Below are positions 11,195 to 21,426 of a stretch of DNA of 64,000 nt, one piece after another. Made by a program: the position numbers and the translations under genes. A model generated the notes under the pieces. The model saw only the letters and a program-made list of their open reading frames with translations, searched no databases and was not told the origin of the DNA. Position 1 is the first letter of the stretch. Each line of letters begins with the position of its first letter. Source of the stretch: Candidatus Spyradenecus sp. (GTDB taxonomy: Bacteria; Verrucomicrobiota; Verrucomicrobiia; Opitutales; UBA953); assembly GCA_045535075.1 (NCBI GenBank), contig JAZSKX010000017.1:32001-96000 (forward strand), in the 5' to 3' direction.

Positions 11195-12136
11195 CTAACT
11201 TCTTTCTCCGCGCTTGGAGGAAGTAAGGTGCAAGTAATATTGCGCGAAAACCTGAATACCGAACGCCATCACGAGCAACACGAGCCCGAGCGCGAAAAGC
11301 GCGCTGCGCTGAAGCCCGTCCGCTTCCGCAAAGTTGTTTGCGAGCGTCGCGGCAATCGTCGTTCCCGAGTCAAAAAGTGCCGCGGGAACGTCCATAATAT
11401 TTCCGATGACGAAAAGCACCGCCATCGTTTCGCCGAGTGCGCGCCCGAGCCCGACAAACACGCCGCCGAGCAAGCCGCGTATCCCGTATTTCATTACAAC
11501 ATCTTTCGCGCATTCCCACTTTGTGCAACCGATCCCGTAAGCGGATTCGCGCAAAACGGCGGGCGTCATTTTAAAAACATCGCGCATAATCGCGCAGACA
11601 TACGGCAAAATCATCAGCGCAAGAATCAACCCCGCCGTAAAAAAACCGAATCCGTTGAAACCGTGTTCGCCGACCAAAAGCCCGTCGAGCACGGGAACGG
11701 CTTGCAGATTTAAAGTTTCCGCAAGAAACGGCTGAACGTGATTTTGCATCAGCGGCGCGAGCACGAAAAGCCCCCACATGCCGTAAATCACACTCGGAAT
11801 CGCCGCGAGCAAATCAATCGCCTGCGAGAGCACGCGCCCGATTGCCGGCGGCGCATCCGTCAGATAAAGCGCGGAAACGAACGCAAGCGGAAGCGCGACG
11901 GCAAGCGCAATCGCCGTTGTCAGGAGCGTTCCCGCGATCGACGGGAACGCTCCGAATTTTCCGGCAACGGGATCCCATTCCGAGGAAAATAAAAACCCGA
12001 GCCCGAACTCGCGCCACGCCTCGCTCGAATTGACAAAGAGCTGAACGAAAAAGCTCAGCATCAGCAAACCGATCAGGCAAGCGCATGCGAGGCAAAACGT
12101 TTTGAAAAAGGAATCTGTAGCTTTTGGCGGATTCAT
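11195..12136 (-). CDS. pstC: Phosphate ABC transporter permease
   Basis: WDPVAGKFGA, LAAIPSVIYGMWG and GRALGETMAV. Confidence 0.95.
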   Translation of the reverse strand: MNPPKATDSFFKTFCLACACLIGLLMLSFFVQLFVNSSEAWREFGLGFLFSSEWDPVAGKFGAFPSIAGTLLTTAIALAVALPLAFVSALYLTDAPPAIGRVLSQAIDLLAAIPSVIYGMWGLFVLAPLMQNHVQPFLAETLNLQAVPVLDGLLVGEHGFNGFGFFTAGLILALMILPYVCAIMRDVFKMTPAVLRESAYGIGCTKWECAKDVVMKYGIRGLLGGVFVGLGRALGETMAVLFVIGNIMDVPAALFDSGTTIAATLANNFAEADGLQRSALFALGLVLLVMAFGIQVFAQYYLHLTSSKRGERS

Positions 12137-12168
12137 TGCTTGTGTATTTCTGCAAACATTTTCGCCGA

Positions 12169-12212
12169 AGAATATTTAGCCGATATTCGGACTTCGTTAG
12201 TTTTTCGTTAAA
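12169..12212 (-). promoter_or_regulatory. Putative Pho-box-like array (four 11-bp units) upstream of pstC
   Basis: Minus strand TTTAACGAAAA|ACTAACGAAGT|CCGAATATCGG|CTAAATATTCT; parallels the array upstream of the porin. Confidence 0.5.
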
Positions 12213-12450
12213 TCGCTTTTTTCATTAACCGCGGAACGCACAGAACAAACACGGAAGTTTTGTTTTTCCCACAGATGAAACCGGATTTCTCTTACCAGCC
12301 CGCAACACCATAAAGTTTTTTCGGGAGCGCGAATGAAAACGCTTGCTTCGCGTTTTTTTTTGCAGAATCACCTCTGACAACTGAGTCAAAAATTCATCGA
12401 AACAGATTTTCGACGAACCAAACGCACTAACCCACGATCAATAAAAACAA

Positions 12451-13269
12451 ATGATTCCCTCAAAGCATACCCTAATTTTATGTATTTTATCGTTAGTTCC
12501 CTCGCTTTCCGCATTTGCAATTAGCGGCACGACGACCGACGAATGGTTGTCCTCCACAAATACAAGTGTTCATCAAAATCAAACATGGATTGATACTGGA
12601 CGTGCTCGCTTACAGCCAAATTCAAGTAAACAATCTGTTTTACACGTTTATGGTACAGCAATTTTAAATGAAGTCGTAACTGGATTTAGCGGAAACAATG
12701 CAATGATTTACATTTACGATGGCGGACATATCTCAGCAAACGACATAAGATGTGTTGACGTGATGGCGGATGCAGAGCATAAGGCTTGGATTGGAGTACA
12801 AGAAGGTGGCACGTTTACACTTAAAGCAACATCACAAAAAATGCCGACGATGCTTGCCCCAAAACAAGGAAGTGGAGACTATGGTGTCTATATTGAAGAT
12901 TTGAGCGGGTTTAAAATTGACCTCTCTGATTACCCGGAACCTACAGATACTGATATTTTCCTTATAAACCTAATAACAAATACTGAAAATGCGTTTGTAA
13001 GCCTTATTTCCTCTGGGAGTGCAGTAGAACGGGGGGGTAAGAGTGCCTCATCGTTTGAATTCTCAGAAAAAGGCATGCAAAAGTGGAATACGTCATTCAT
13101 TGAGAATATTTCTGGGTTTGAAGAATGGCAAAAAGAGTTTGTATTTAGTAGCGAAAACAATGGCACTCTTGTTTTAAAGCTTTCGAAAATTCCGGAGCCG
13201 TCGGCATTCGGGTTGCTCGCCGGATTGGGAGCTTTGGCGCTTGTTGGTGCGCGTCGCCGCCGTCGCTAA
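12451..13269 (+). CDS. PEP-CTERM sorting-domain surface protein
   Basis: Signal peptide and C-terminal IPEPSAFGLLAGLGALALVGARRRRR. The gene body is AT-rich and antisense to the pst genes. Confidence 0.9.
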   Translation: MIPSKHTLILCILSLVPSLSAFAISGTTTDEWLSSTNTSVHQNQTWIDTGRARLQPNSSKQSVLHVYGTAILNEVVTGFSGNNAMIYIYDGGHISANDIRCVDVMADAEHKAWIGVQEGGTFTLKATSQKMPTMLAPKQGSGDYGVYIEDLSGFKIDLSDYPEPTDTDIFLINLITNTENAFVSLISSGSAVERGGKSASSFEFSEKGMQKWNTSFIENISGFEEWQKEFVFSSENNGTLVLKLSKIPEPSAFGLLAGLGALALVGARRRRR

Positions 13270-13290
13270 TGAGAGCTTAACACCTAAAAG

Positions 13291-13330
13291 AAGAGCGTTC
13301 CCGCAATTTGTTTTGCGGGAACGCTCTTTT
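13291..13330. terminator. Bidirectional terminator built from an inverted GCGTTCCCGC pair
   Basis: Perfect 16-bp stem AAGAGCGTTCCCGCAA / TTGCGGGAACGCTCTT between the convergent PEP-CTERM gene and pstS. Confidence 0.8.
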
Positions 13331-13379
13331 ATTTCCGTGGGTTCGGTGTATTCCGCGGGTAATTAGAATTTCCCGCGGT

Positions 13380-14423
13380 TTATTGAAGTTTTTCGCGGAT
13401 GAGCGAAACGACGTTTTCGGGAATCGGGACGTAATTCAGGCGCGCCGCCGAAGAAGCGCCTTCGGTGAAGCACCAGTTGAAATAATCTTTCAATGCCGCC
13501 TGCGTTCCCGCGTCCGCATCTTTTCGTATCAGGATATACGTTACGCCGGTGATCGGCCACGATTCCGCTCCGGGCTGGTCGGTGAGCATCATCAGAAATC
13601 CGGGTGCGTTTTTCCAATCGGCGTTTGCCGCGCTTGCCGCAAAGCTCTTTGCCGTCGGTGCGATGAACGTTCCCGCGCGGTTTTCAAGCTGCGCACAATT
13701 TAATTTCGCTTCCACGGCGTAAGTGTATTCGGTGTAGCCGATGCTTCCGCGAATTTTGGCGACGTTGTTGCACACGCCGGGATTTTTCTGTCCGCCGATG
13801 CCGACCGGCCATTTGACGGACGATCCCGCGCCGATTGTGTTTTTCCACTCGCCGGAAATTTTGCTCAGGTAATCCGTGAAAATAAACGTCGTTCCCGAGG
13901 AATCCGAGCGACGCACGACCGTGATTTTCAAATCTTTCGGAAGCCGCACGCCGGGATTGATTTTCGCGATCGCGGGATCGTTCCAGTTCGTGATTTTTCC
14001 GAGAAAGATATCCGAGAGCACAGCACGGCTGAGCTTGAGTTCGCCGGATTTTACGCCGGGAACATTGACGATGACAACCACGCCGCCCGTAAGCATCGGG
14101 AACTGAACGAGCCCCGTCTCCGCCTGTTGCTCCGCGGTGAGCGGGCTGTCCGTTCCCGCGAAATCCACCGTTCCCGCCTTAATTTGGCTGAGCCCCGCGC
14201 CGGAGCCGAGGCTTTGGTAGTTCACGGTTGCCTTGCCCGACTGCGTATAGGCGTAAGTCCACAGCTGATAAACCGGAGCCGGGAACGACGCGCCCGCGCC
14301 GTTGAGAGTTATTGCGTTTTTTGCAGGTGTGTTCGGCGTTCCCGCGTCGCCGCAACCCGAGCTGAGAAATACCGATGCCGCCAAAGCCGAGGCGAGCGTT
14401 CCTATGAGCATTTTTTTAATCAT
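13380..14423 (-). CDS. pstS: Phosphate-binding lipoprotein
   Basis: GAGASFP, YQSLGSGAG, RSDSSGTT and SWPITGVTY; signal peptide with Cys. Confidence 0.96.
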   Translation of the reverse strand: MIKKMLIGTLASALAASVFLSSGCGDAGTPNTPAKNAITLNGAGASFPAPVYQLWTYAYTQSGKATVNYQSLGSGAGLSQIKAGTVDFAGTDSPLTAEQQAETGLVQFPMLTGGVVVIVNVPGVKSGELKLSRAVLSDIFLGKITNWNDPAIAKINPGVRLPKDLKITVVRRSDSSGTTFIFTDYLSKISGEWKNTIGAGSSVKWPVGIGGQKNPGVCNNVAKIRGSIGYTEYTYAVEAKLNCAQLENRAGTFIAPTAKSFAASAANADWKNAPGFLMMLTDQPGAESWPITGVTYILIRKDADAGTQAALKDYFNWCFTEGASSAARLNYVPIPENVVSLIREKLQ

Positions 14424-14506
14424 AATTTTTTTGATGAATTTTGATTTTGTTTCTTTATTTTCGCGTTCCCGCGTTTAGAGATTATTCGGGAATCATTAGT
14501 TTTCGG

Positions 14507-15694
14507 TTAGAATGTTGCCTGAAGTTGAAGCCTAAACGCGCTCGCGTATTCGTCGCGTTGCCCGCCGTCGAAGTCCGTGTATTCGTAGCCTGCGGAAATT
14601 TTGATGTGCTTGTTCGCGTAGAAATTCGCGCCAAGGTAGATTCCGCGTGCCGAGTCGTAATCTTTGCTGCCGTCCGTCGGAATGTTTTTGAGTTTCGACG
14701 GATCAATGTTCCGGTTGTCGCCAACGTCGAGACTGGAAAATCGAACAACCGGCTCGATGTTGTTTTCGAATCTGTAAGCGAAGGTCGCGTTCACGCCCCA
14801 AGCGGAGTCCGACATCACTTCGGAATCGCCGTCGGCAAAAAGCCCGTCGAAAATAGCCTGAAAACCGCCGGAGGAAAATTTTACATAAGGCTCCAATCCG
14901 TAAACGGCGCCGGGAACGCGTTTTGATGCGCGGCTGGTTTCATCGTCGTTTCCGGGATTGTAAACGCCGTTGACGCCGAATTCCAATTTATCGTCGCCGA
15001 ATTTAAACTCGTAAGCGACGTTCCCGTAGAATGCGACGCCGTCGTTTTGGTCGCCGTTAATGTCTTCCTTGTATTGGTTGGAGATCGCGAATCCGTATTT
15101 GAAGTCGGAAACTTTTCCGTCCCACCACACACCGCCGTGGCGTCCGGCGAGCGAGCCGTTTGCGAGGTTTGTAAAATAAACCGTTGCGACGGACTGCTCG
15201 ATGCAAAGTTGCGTTTTGGACGAGGAATATTCCTCCATCACAAAGCTCGGTTTTTGATAACCGGCGGTGAGTTTTCCGGCGGCGTTTTTGTAAGCGATAA
15301 TCGCCTTATCGACAAAGATCGTGCTGTTGTCGGCTCCGAGCTTTCCGCCTTTGTTCCCGCTGTCGATTTCAAAACCGACTTCAGCGCTCCACGCTTCGGA
15401 GATTTCCCCCTTTACGGAAATTGCCGCGCGGCGAATCGCGAATCCGGAATTGGCGTTGGCGGAATTGTTTTTACTGTCGTTGTAAAAATACTGCGCCTGC
15501 GCGTAGCCGGAGACTTTTATTTTCGCCGCATCGAGTTTTTTCTTGAGATCGGGAAGCTTGATGACGAGCTCGTCGTCCGCGCCGGCGGCGGGAACGTTTT
15601 TCGCGGGAACGTCTTGGGCTTCGGCGGCAGCAAATCCGCAAATAAGCATCGCCGCCGCAGTTAGTGTTTGTCGTGTCAGTTTTCGGTTCATCAT
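14507..15694 (-). CDS. Outer-membrane porin, phosphate-selective OprO/OprP-like
   Basis: Signal peptide, F-x-IRRA motif, amphipathic beta strands, terminal LQLQATF; immediately upstream of pstS. Confidence 0.75.
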   Translation of the reverse strand: MMNRKLTRQTLTAAAMLICGFAAAEAQDVPAKNVPAAGADDELVIKLPDLKKKLDAAKIKVSGYAQAQYFYNDSKNNSANANSGFAIRRAAISVKGEISEAWSAEVGFEIDSGNKGGKLGADNSTIFVDKAIIAYKNAAGKLTAGYQKPSFVMEEYSSSKTQLCIEQSVATVYFTNLANGSLAGRHGGVWWDGKVSDFKYGFAISNQYKEDINGDQNDGVAFYGNVAYEFKFGDDKLEFGVNGVYNPGNDDETSRASKRVPGAVYGLEPYVKFSSGGFQAIFDGLFADGDSEVMSDSAWGVNATFAYRFENNIEPVVRFSSLDVGDNRNIDPSKLKNIPTDGSKDYDSARGIYLGANFYANKHIKISAGYEYTDFDGGQRDEYASAFRLQLQATF

Positions 15695-15730
15695 TTTTTG
15701 AATGAATTAAAGTCCCGATAATCTACACGT

Positions 15731-15774
15731 GCTTTGTTCAGAGCTTATTCGCCTCAGATTAGAAATTTGTTAAA
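15731..15774 (-). promoter_or_regulatory. Putative Pho-box-like array upstream of porin-pstS
   Basis: Minus strand TTTAACAAATT|TCTAATCTGAG|GCGAATAAGCT|CTGAACAAAGC, followed 5 nt later by a -10-like TAGATT. Confidence 0.5.
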
Positions 15775-15811
15775 ACACAAAAGCAGGCTAAAAATTGTTT
15801 TTGAGGGAACC

Positions 15812-15902
15812 GATGAGAGCTGAGAGCTTAGAGGTAAATGCGCTTTGCCTACGGCAAAATGAGGTTTTTGAAATTCTTTTTCGGAAATACCTCTCATCTC
15901 TA
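15812..15902. repeat. ~90-bp dispersed palindromic element, copy 2
   Basis: Aligns with 11088-11178. Confidence 0.8.
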
Positions 15903-15953
15903 TCATCTTTCTACCGGAAACTCTATTTATGGAGCTTCCCTTAAAGATTAAAG

Positions 15954-15990
15954 AAAGCGTTCCCGCGAAAACAAATTGCGGGAACGCTTT
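15954..15990. terminator. Hairpin downstream of atpC built from an inverted GCGTTCCCGC pair
   Basis: 13-bp stem AAAGCGTTCCCGC / GCGGGAACGCTTT; nearly the reverse complement of the 13291 hairpin, loop included. Confidence 0.75.
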
Positions 15991-16012
15991 TTTCGGAATT
16001 GAAACGCCAAGC

Positions 16013-16426
16013 TTAGTGCTTGGATTTGACGAGCTTTTGAGCGATGGCAAAGCGGGCGACGGCTTCGAGGCGTTCGAGCTCGGCGGGATCGATTTCCTTT
16101 TGGTGGCGCGCCGCTTCGAGCGCGGCTTCGGCGCGTTTCTGTGCATCTTCCACGGCGGAAAGATCGATCGCCTTGACGTCGATGGCGGCTTCGGCGAGCA
16201 CGCTCACGCGGTCGGCGAGCACGCGCGCGTAGCCTTTATCGACGGCGAGCTTGGTCGTTCCCGCGCTTGTTTCCACGTCGATTTCGCCGGGTTCGATTTC
16301 CGCCGTCAGCGGAATGTGCCCGGGAAGAATCCCGAGTTCGCCACTCGTCGTCGGAAGCGTCACGGAATTGACGTTTTCTGCCTGATAAACAATGCCTGTG
16401 GGAGTGATAATTTCAAAACTTAGCAT
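16013..16426 (-). CDS. atpC: ATP synthase F1 epsilon subunit
   Basis: EIITP, GELGILPGHIP and a C-terminal helical hairpin. Confidence 0.95.
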   Translation of the reverse strand: MLSFEIITPTGIVYQAENVNSVTLPTTSGELGILPGHIPLTAEIEPGEIDVETSAGTTKLAVDKGYARVLADRVSVLAEAAIDVKAIDLSAVEDAQKRAEAALEAARHQKEIDPAELERLEAVARFAIAQKLVKSKH

Positions 16427-16437
16427 TTTAAAAAGGT

Positions 16438-16877
16438 AAAACTGATAACTGATAGTGGATAGGTTTCGTATGTTAAAACTGATAACAAATTTATTCTTCC
16501 AGCTTTTTCTTGGTTGTTTTTACGGAGGAAGTAAGAAGCTTAGCCAATTCAACCACGTCCGGATAAATCGCATCATGCTCACGTGCAGACAAATACTCTC
16601 CGGCAAAAAGCAGTGTTAGCCAATATTGCGTTTCGTTTGCCTCTTTCAATGCAATATTGAGTTTGTGCACAAAATCCCGGCGACTTTGTGCATTCCACGC
16701 CTCATGAACATTCGCCCCTATACTGGTTGCGCTACGCAAAAACTGCTTGGACAGAACAAACTCTTTTTTTTCGTCAGTAAGATAACGATAGAGTTTTACC
16801 GCGCGCATTGCGAAAGCCATAGATTTTTCTCTCAACAAACTCATGGTAAAACCTATCAGTTATCAGTTATCAGTTTT
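16438..16877 (-). mobile_element. Four-helix-bundle gene enclosed by 29-bp heptamer inverted repeats
   Basis: Arms 16438-16466 AAAACTGATAACTGATAGTGGATAGGTTT and 16849-16877 AAACCTATCAGTTATCAGTTATCAGTTTT (26/29 complementary). Mobility is inferred. Confidence 0.6.
16491..16844 (-). CDS. Four helix bundle protein (23S rRNA intervening-sequence protein family)
   Basis: KQFLRSATSIGANVHEA...DFVHKLNIALKEANETQYWL. Confidence 0.9.
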   Translation of the reverse strand: MSLLREKSMAFAMRAVKLYRYLTDEKKEFVLSKQFLRSATSIGANVHEAWNAQSRRDFVHKLNIALKEANETQYWLTLLFAGEYLSAREHDAIYPDVVELAKLLTSSVKTTKKKLEE

Positions 16878-16892
16878 CCCTTATCGGCGAAG

Positions 16893-18329
<1,437 letters not shown>

Positions 18330-18389
18330 TTATAAAAAAAGAAGTGTTCCCGCAGATAGATACAAACGTTTCCGGATATTTTTCAAAAG

Positions 18390-18460
18390 CTTCGCGTTAA
18401 AAACATTCGTGGCGGGTTGTGTTCATTTCTTTAAGCTTTAAGCCCTAAGCACTCAACTTT
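18390..18460. repeat. Remnant repeat arms at the atpG-atpD junction
   Basis: 18390-18411 matches the reverse complement of 28807-28828 at 20/22. Heptamers CTTTAAG CTTTAAG CCCTAAG start at 18429. Confidence 0.55.
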
Positions 18461-19360
18461 CTATCCTGCGTTGGAGGCGGCGAGTTCGTTGATTTCGTTG
18501 GTGATGGCGGCTTGGCGCGCCTTGTTGTATTCGAGCGAGAGGGAATCGACGAGGTTTTTCGCGTTGTCCGTCGCGGCTTTCATCGCGACCATGCGCGCGG
18601 ACTGTTCGGACGCTTTCGCCTCCAAAATCGCCTGATACAAGCTCTGCTTGAAAAACAGCGCGGGAAGCCCGTCGAGAATCGTTCCCGCGTCGGGCGCGAA
18701 CGACATTTCGCGGTCGTCTTCGAGCAGCTTAAATTCTTCTTTTTTGCCCTGCGCGGCGAACTGCGCCTGCATGCGTTCTTCCAAGTTCCCGAGCGGCACG
18801 AGCGTCGCCATTGTCGGCACCTGCACAATCGTGTTCTTAAACTGCGAAAGCACAATTTCGATCGTGTCGATCGTTCCCGCGAGGTATTCCTTGATCAAAA
18901 ATTCCCCGATCGGGCGCACTTCGGAAAAGTTCACGCGGTCGCTCACGGAAAAGTCCGCCACGAGGTCGCGTTTCGACCGCGCCACGAACTGCGTCGCTTT
19001 TTTCCCGACGGTAAAAAACTTTGCCGGCGTTCCCGCGGGAACGTTTTTGTTCAAAAAGCGAAACAGATTGGAATTAAGCCCGCCGCACAGTCCTTTGTCG
19101 GTTGCGATGACGACGATCCCGCGCGTTTTCACGGGGCGTTCCTGCATGAGCGGATGCGAAAAATCGCCCGACAAATCGAGCCCGCGCAACGCCGTCGCAA
19201 GAATCCGCGAAAGCAGAACCGCGTAAGGTCGCCCGGAAGTTGCGGCGTCCTGCGCGCGGCGCATTTTCGACGATGCAACCAGCTGCATCGCGCGCGTGAT
19301 TTGCCCGGTGTTCGTCACCGAACGAATACGATTTCGAATTTCTCTCAGACCCTTAGCCAT
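18461..19360 (-). CDS. atpG: ATP synthase F1 gamma subunit
   Basis: ITRAMQLVA, DKGLCGGLN and YNKARQAAITNEI. Confidence 0.98.
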   Translation of the reverse strand: MAKGLREIRNRIRSVTNTGQITRAMQLVASSKMRRAQDAATSGRPYAVLLSRILATALRGLDLSGDFSHPLMQERPVKTRGIVVIATDKGLCGGLNSNLFRFLNKNVPAGTPAKFFTVGKKATQFVARSKRDLVADFSVSDRVNFSEVRPIGEFLIKEYLAGTIDTIEIVLSQFKNTIVQVPTMATLVPLGNLEERMQAQFAAQGKKEEFKLLEDDREMSFAPDAGTILDGLPALFFKQSLYQAILEAKASEQSARMVAMKAATDNAKNLVDSLSLEYNKARQAAITNEINELAASNAG

Positions 19361-19373
19361 TTTTGAAAAAAGA

Positions 19374-19846
19374 TTAAAGCTTAATGCTTAAAGCTTAAAG
19401 AAAGTGTAAGTTTTAAGAAAAAGCAGTTTAAGATTGAATTGATTGTTTGTTGCGACGAAGCCCGCTAAGCATTCTCGCAATTTCCTGAATGAGAGCCCCT
19501 AAGTCCTCAAAGCGTTCCCGCGAAACGTACCCCAAATCCTCCGCCAGTTGAAGTTGGCAAAAAACTTCCATCAACGAACCGTAAGCGATTTCGATAAAAC
19601 GGATTTGATCTTTCGGGGATTCCTTTGCACTTCCTTCAGCAATGTTTGAAGGGACGGAAATCACGGCTCGCCGCAATTGATCCGCAAGCGAAAAACGCTC
19701 CGCTTGCGGGAACGATTCCAACACGGAGTAGACGCGTTTCACCAGCGCGCGCGACTTCTGCCACACAAGCAACTTTTGAAACGAGAAAAATGTGTTGGGA
19801 CTTTCCATCTTCAAACTCTCTTTAAGCTTTAAGCATTAAGCTCTAA
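19374..19846 (-). mobile_element. Four-helix-bundle gene enclosed by 32-bp heptamer inverted repeats
   Basis: Arms 19374-19405 TTAAAGCTTAATGCTTAAAGCTTAAAGAAAGT and 19815-19846 ACTCTCTTTAAGCTTTAAGCATTAAGCTCTAA (30/32 complementary). Mobility is inferred. Confidence 0.6.
19428..19808 (-). CDS. Four helix bundle protein (23S rRNA intervening-sequence protein family)
   Basis: FQKLLVWQKS...FPQAERFSLADQLRRAVISVPSNIAEG...IAYGSLMEV. ATG at 19808 preferred over TTG at 19814. Confidence 0.92.
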   Translation of the reverse strand: MESPNTFFSFQKLLVWQKSRALVKRVYSVLESFPQAERFSLADQLRRAVISVPSNIAEGSAKESPKDQIRFIEIAYGSLMEVFCQLQLAEDLGYVSRERFEDLGALIQEIARMLSGLRRNKQSIQS

Positions 19847-19850
19847 GCTT

Positions 19851-21377
19851 TCAGCCGGCATAAGCCGCTTTCCACTGCGAGCAAGCGGCTTTGATTTTGC
19901 CTTCGAGCTCGTCGTCGAGTTTCGCTTTAGTGCGGATCTCCGTGAGCGTTTCCTTGGCGGAAGTTTCCAAAAATTCCTGAAGCGCGAGCGAGGCGGCGAG
20001 CGTCTTTTCCCGGGGAATGTCCGCAAAGAAATCGTGCTGCATCGCCCAAATCAACGCGATTTGCGAGGCAACCGGTTTCGGTTCGCCGGGACCTTGTTTG
20101 AAGAGCTCGACGAAGCGGTCGCCCTTGTCGAGAATCATTTTCGTCGCCGCATCAAGATCGCTCCCGAACTGCGCAAACGCCGCCATTTCGCGATACTGCG
20201 CAAGCTCGCCTTTGACCTTCCCCGCGACTTGCTTAAACGCCTTGATCTGCGCAGAAGAACCGACGCGGGAAACCGACAAACCGACGGAAATCGCCGGGCG
20301 CACGCCTTGGTTGAACAAGTCCGTTTGCAGGAAGATTTGCCCGTCCGTAATCGAAATAACGTTGGTCGGAATGTAAGCGGAAACGTCGCCCGCCTGCGTT
20401 TCGATAATCGGGAGCGCGGTGAGCGAGCCTTTTCCCGTAAGGCGTGCGGCGCGTTCGAGCAGGCGGGAATGCAGGTAAAAAACGTCGCCCGGATACGCTT
20501 CGCGCCCGGAAGGACGTTTCAGAATCAAAGAAATCTGGCGATAGGCGGCGGCGTGCTTCGACAAGTCGTCGTAAACGACGAGCGCGTCCATGCCGTTTTC
20601 CATAAACCATTCGCCGATTGCCGCTCCCGCGAAAGGAGCATACATCTGGTTCGCGGCGTTTTCCGACGCTCCCGCGACGACGATCACGCAGTATTCGAGC
20701 GCTCCCGCCTTTTCGAGTGTCGCAATCAGGCGCGCCACGCTGGAATTTTTCTGCCCGACGGCAACGTAAATTGAGTAAACCGGACGGAAATTCGGGTCGC
20801 CCGAAGCCAAGCCTTCGCGGTTGATGCGCGCTTGGTTGATGATGGTGTCGGTCGCGATCGTTGTTTTGCCCGTCGAGCGGTCGCCGATGATGAGTTCGCG
20901 TTGCCCGCGCCCGATCGGAATCATCGCGTCGATCGGCATAATGCCGGTTTGGAGTGCCTGATTGACGGGCTCGCGCGGCATGATGCCGGGAGCGATTTTT
21001 TCAATCGGCGCGCGTTCGGCGGCGTTGATCGGACCTTTGCCGTCCACCGGATTGCCGAGCGTATCGACAACGCGCCCGAGCAATTCCTTGCCCACGGGAA
21101 CGCTGAGCAGGCGTCCCGTCGTCTTGCAAGTCATGCCTTCTTTGAGCGTCGAAGTATCGCCCATGACAACGACGCCGACAATGTCCTGCTCCAAGTTGAA
21201 CGCGATGCCTTCGAGCCCGTTTTCAAACGCGAGCATTTCCGTCATTTGCGTTTTGGAAAGCCCGTCCACTTTCGCCACGCCGTCGGCGAGCTCAATAATC
21301 GTGCCGACGTTCGACTTTTCGGGTTTAGCGTCGAGCGAAGCAATCGCCGACCGGATATCTTCAAGAATCTGACTCAT
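19851..21377 (-). CDS. atpA: ATP synthase F1 alpha subunit
   Basis: [28 protein letters not shown] and [10 protein letters not shown]. Confidence 0.99.
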   Translation of the reverse strand: MSQILEDIRSAIASLDAKPEKSNVGTIIELADGVAKVDGLSKTQMTEMLAFENGLEGIAFNLEQDIVGVVVMGDTSTLKEGMTCKTTGRLLSVPVGKELLGRVVDTLGNPVDGKGPINAAERAPIEKIAPGIMPREPVNQALQTGIMPIDAMIPIGRGQRELIIGDRSTGKTTIATDTIINQARINREGLASGDPNFRPVYSIYVAVGQKNSSVARLIATLEKAGALEYCVIVVAGASENAANQMYAPFAGAAIGEWFMENGMDALVVYDDLSKHAAAYRQISLILKRPSGREAYPGDVFYLHSRLLERAARLTGKGSLTALPIIETQAGDVSAYIPTNVISITDGQIFLQTDLFNQGVRPAISVGLSVSRVGSSAQIKAFKQVAGKVKGELAQYREMAAFAQFGSDLDAATKMILDKGDRFVELFKQGPGEPKPVASQIALIWAMQHDFFADIPREKTLAASLALQEFLETSAKETLTEIRTKAKLDDELEGKIKAACSQWKAAYAG

Positions 21378-21426
21378 AGTTGTGATTTCGTTTTAAGTTT
21401 TTTGTTTTTGTTAAAGGGATTGAAAA

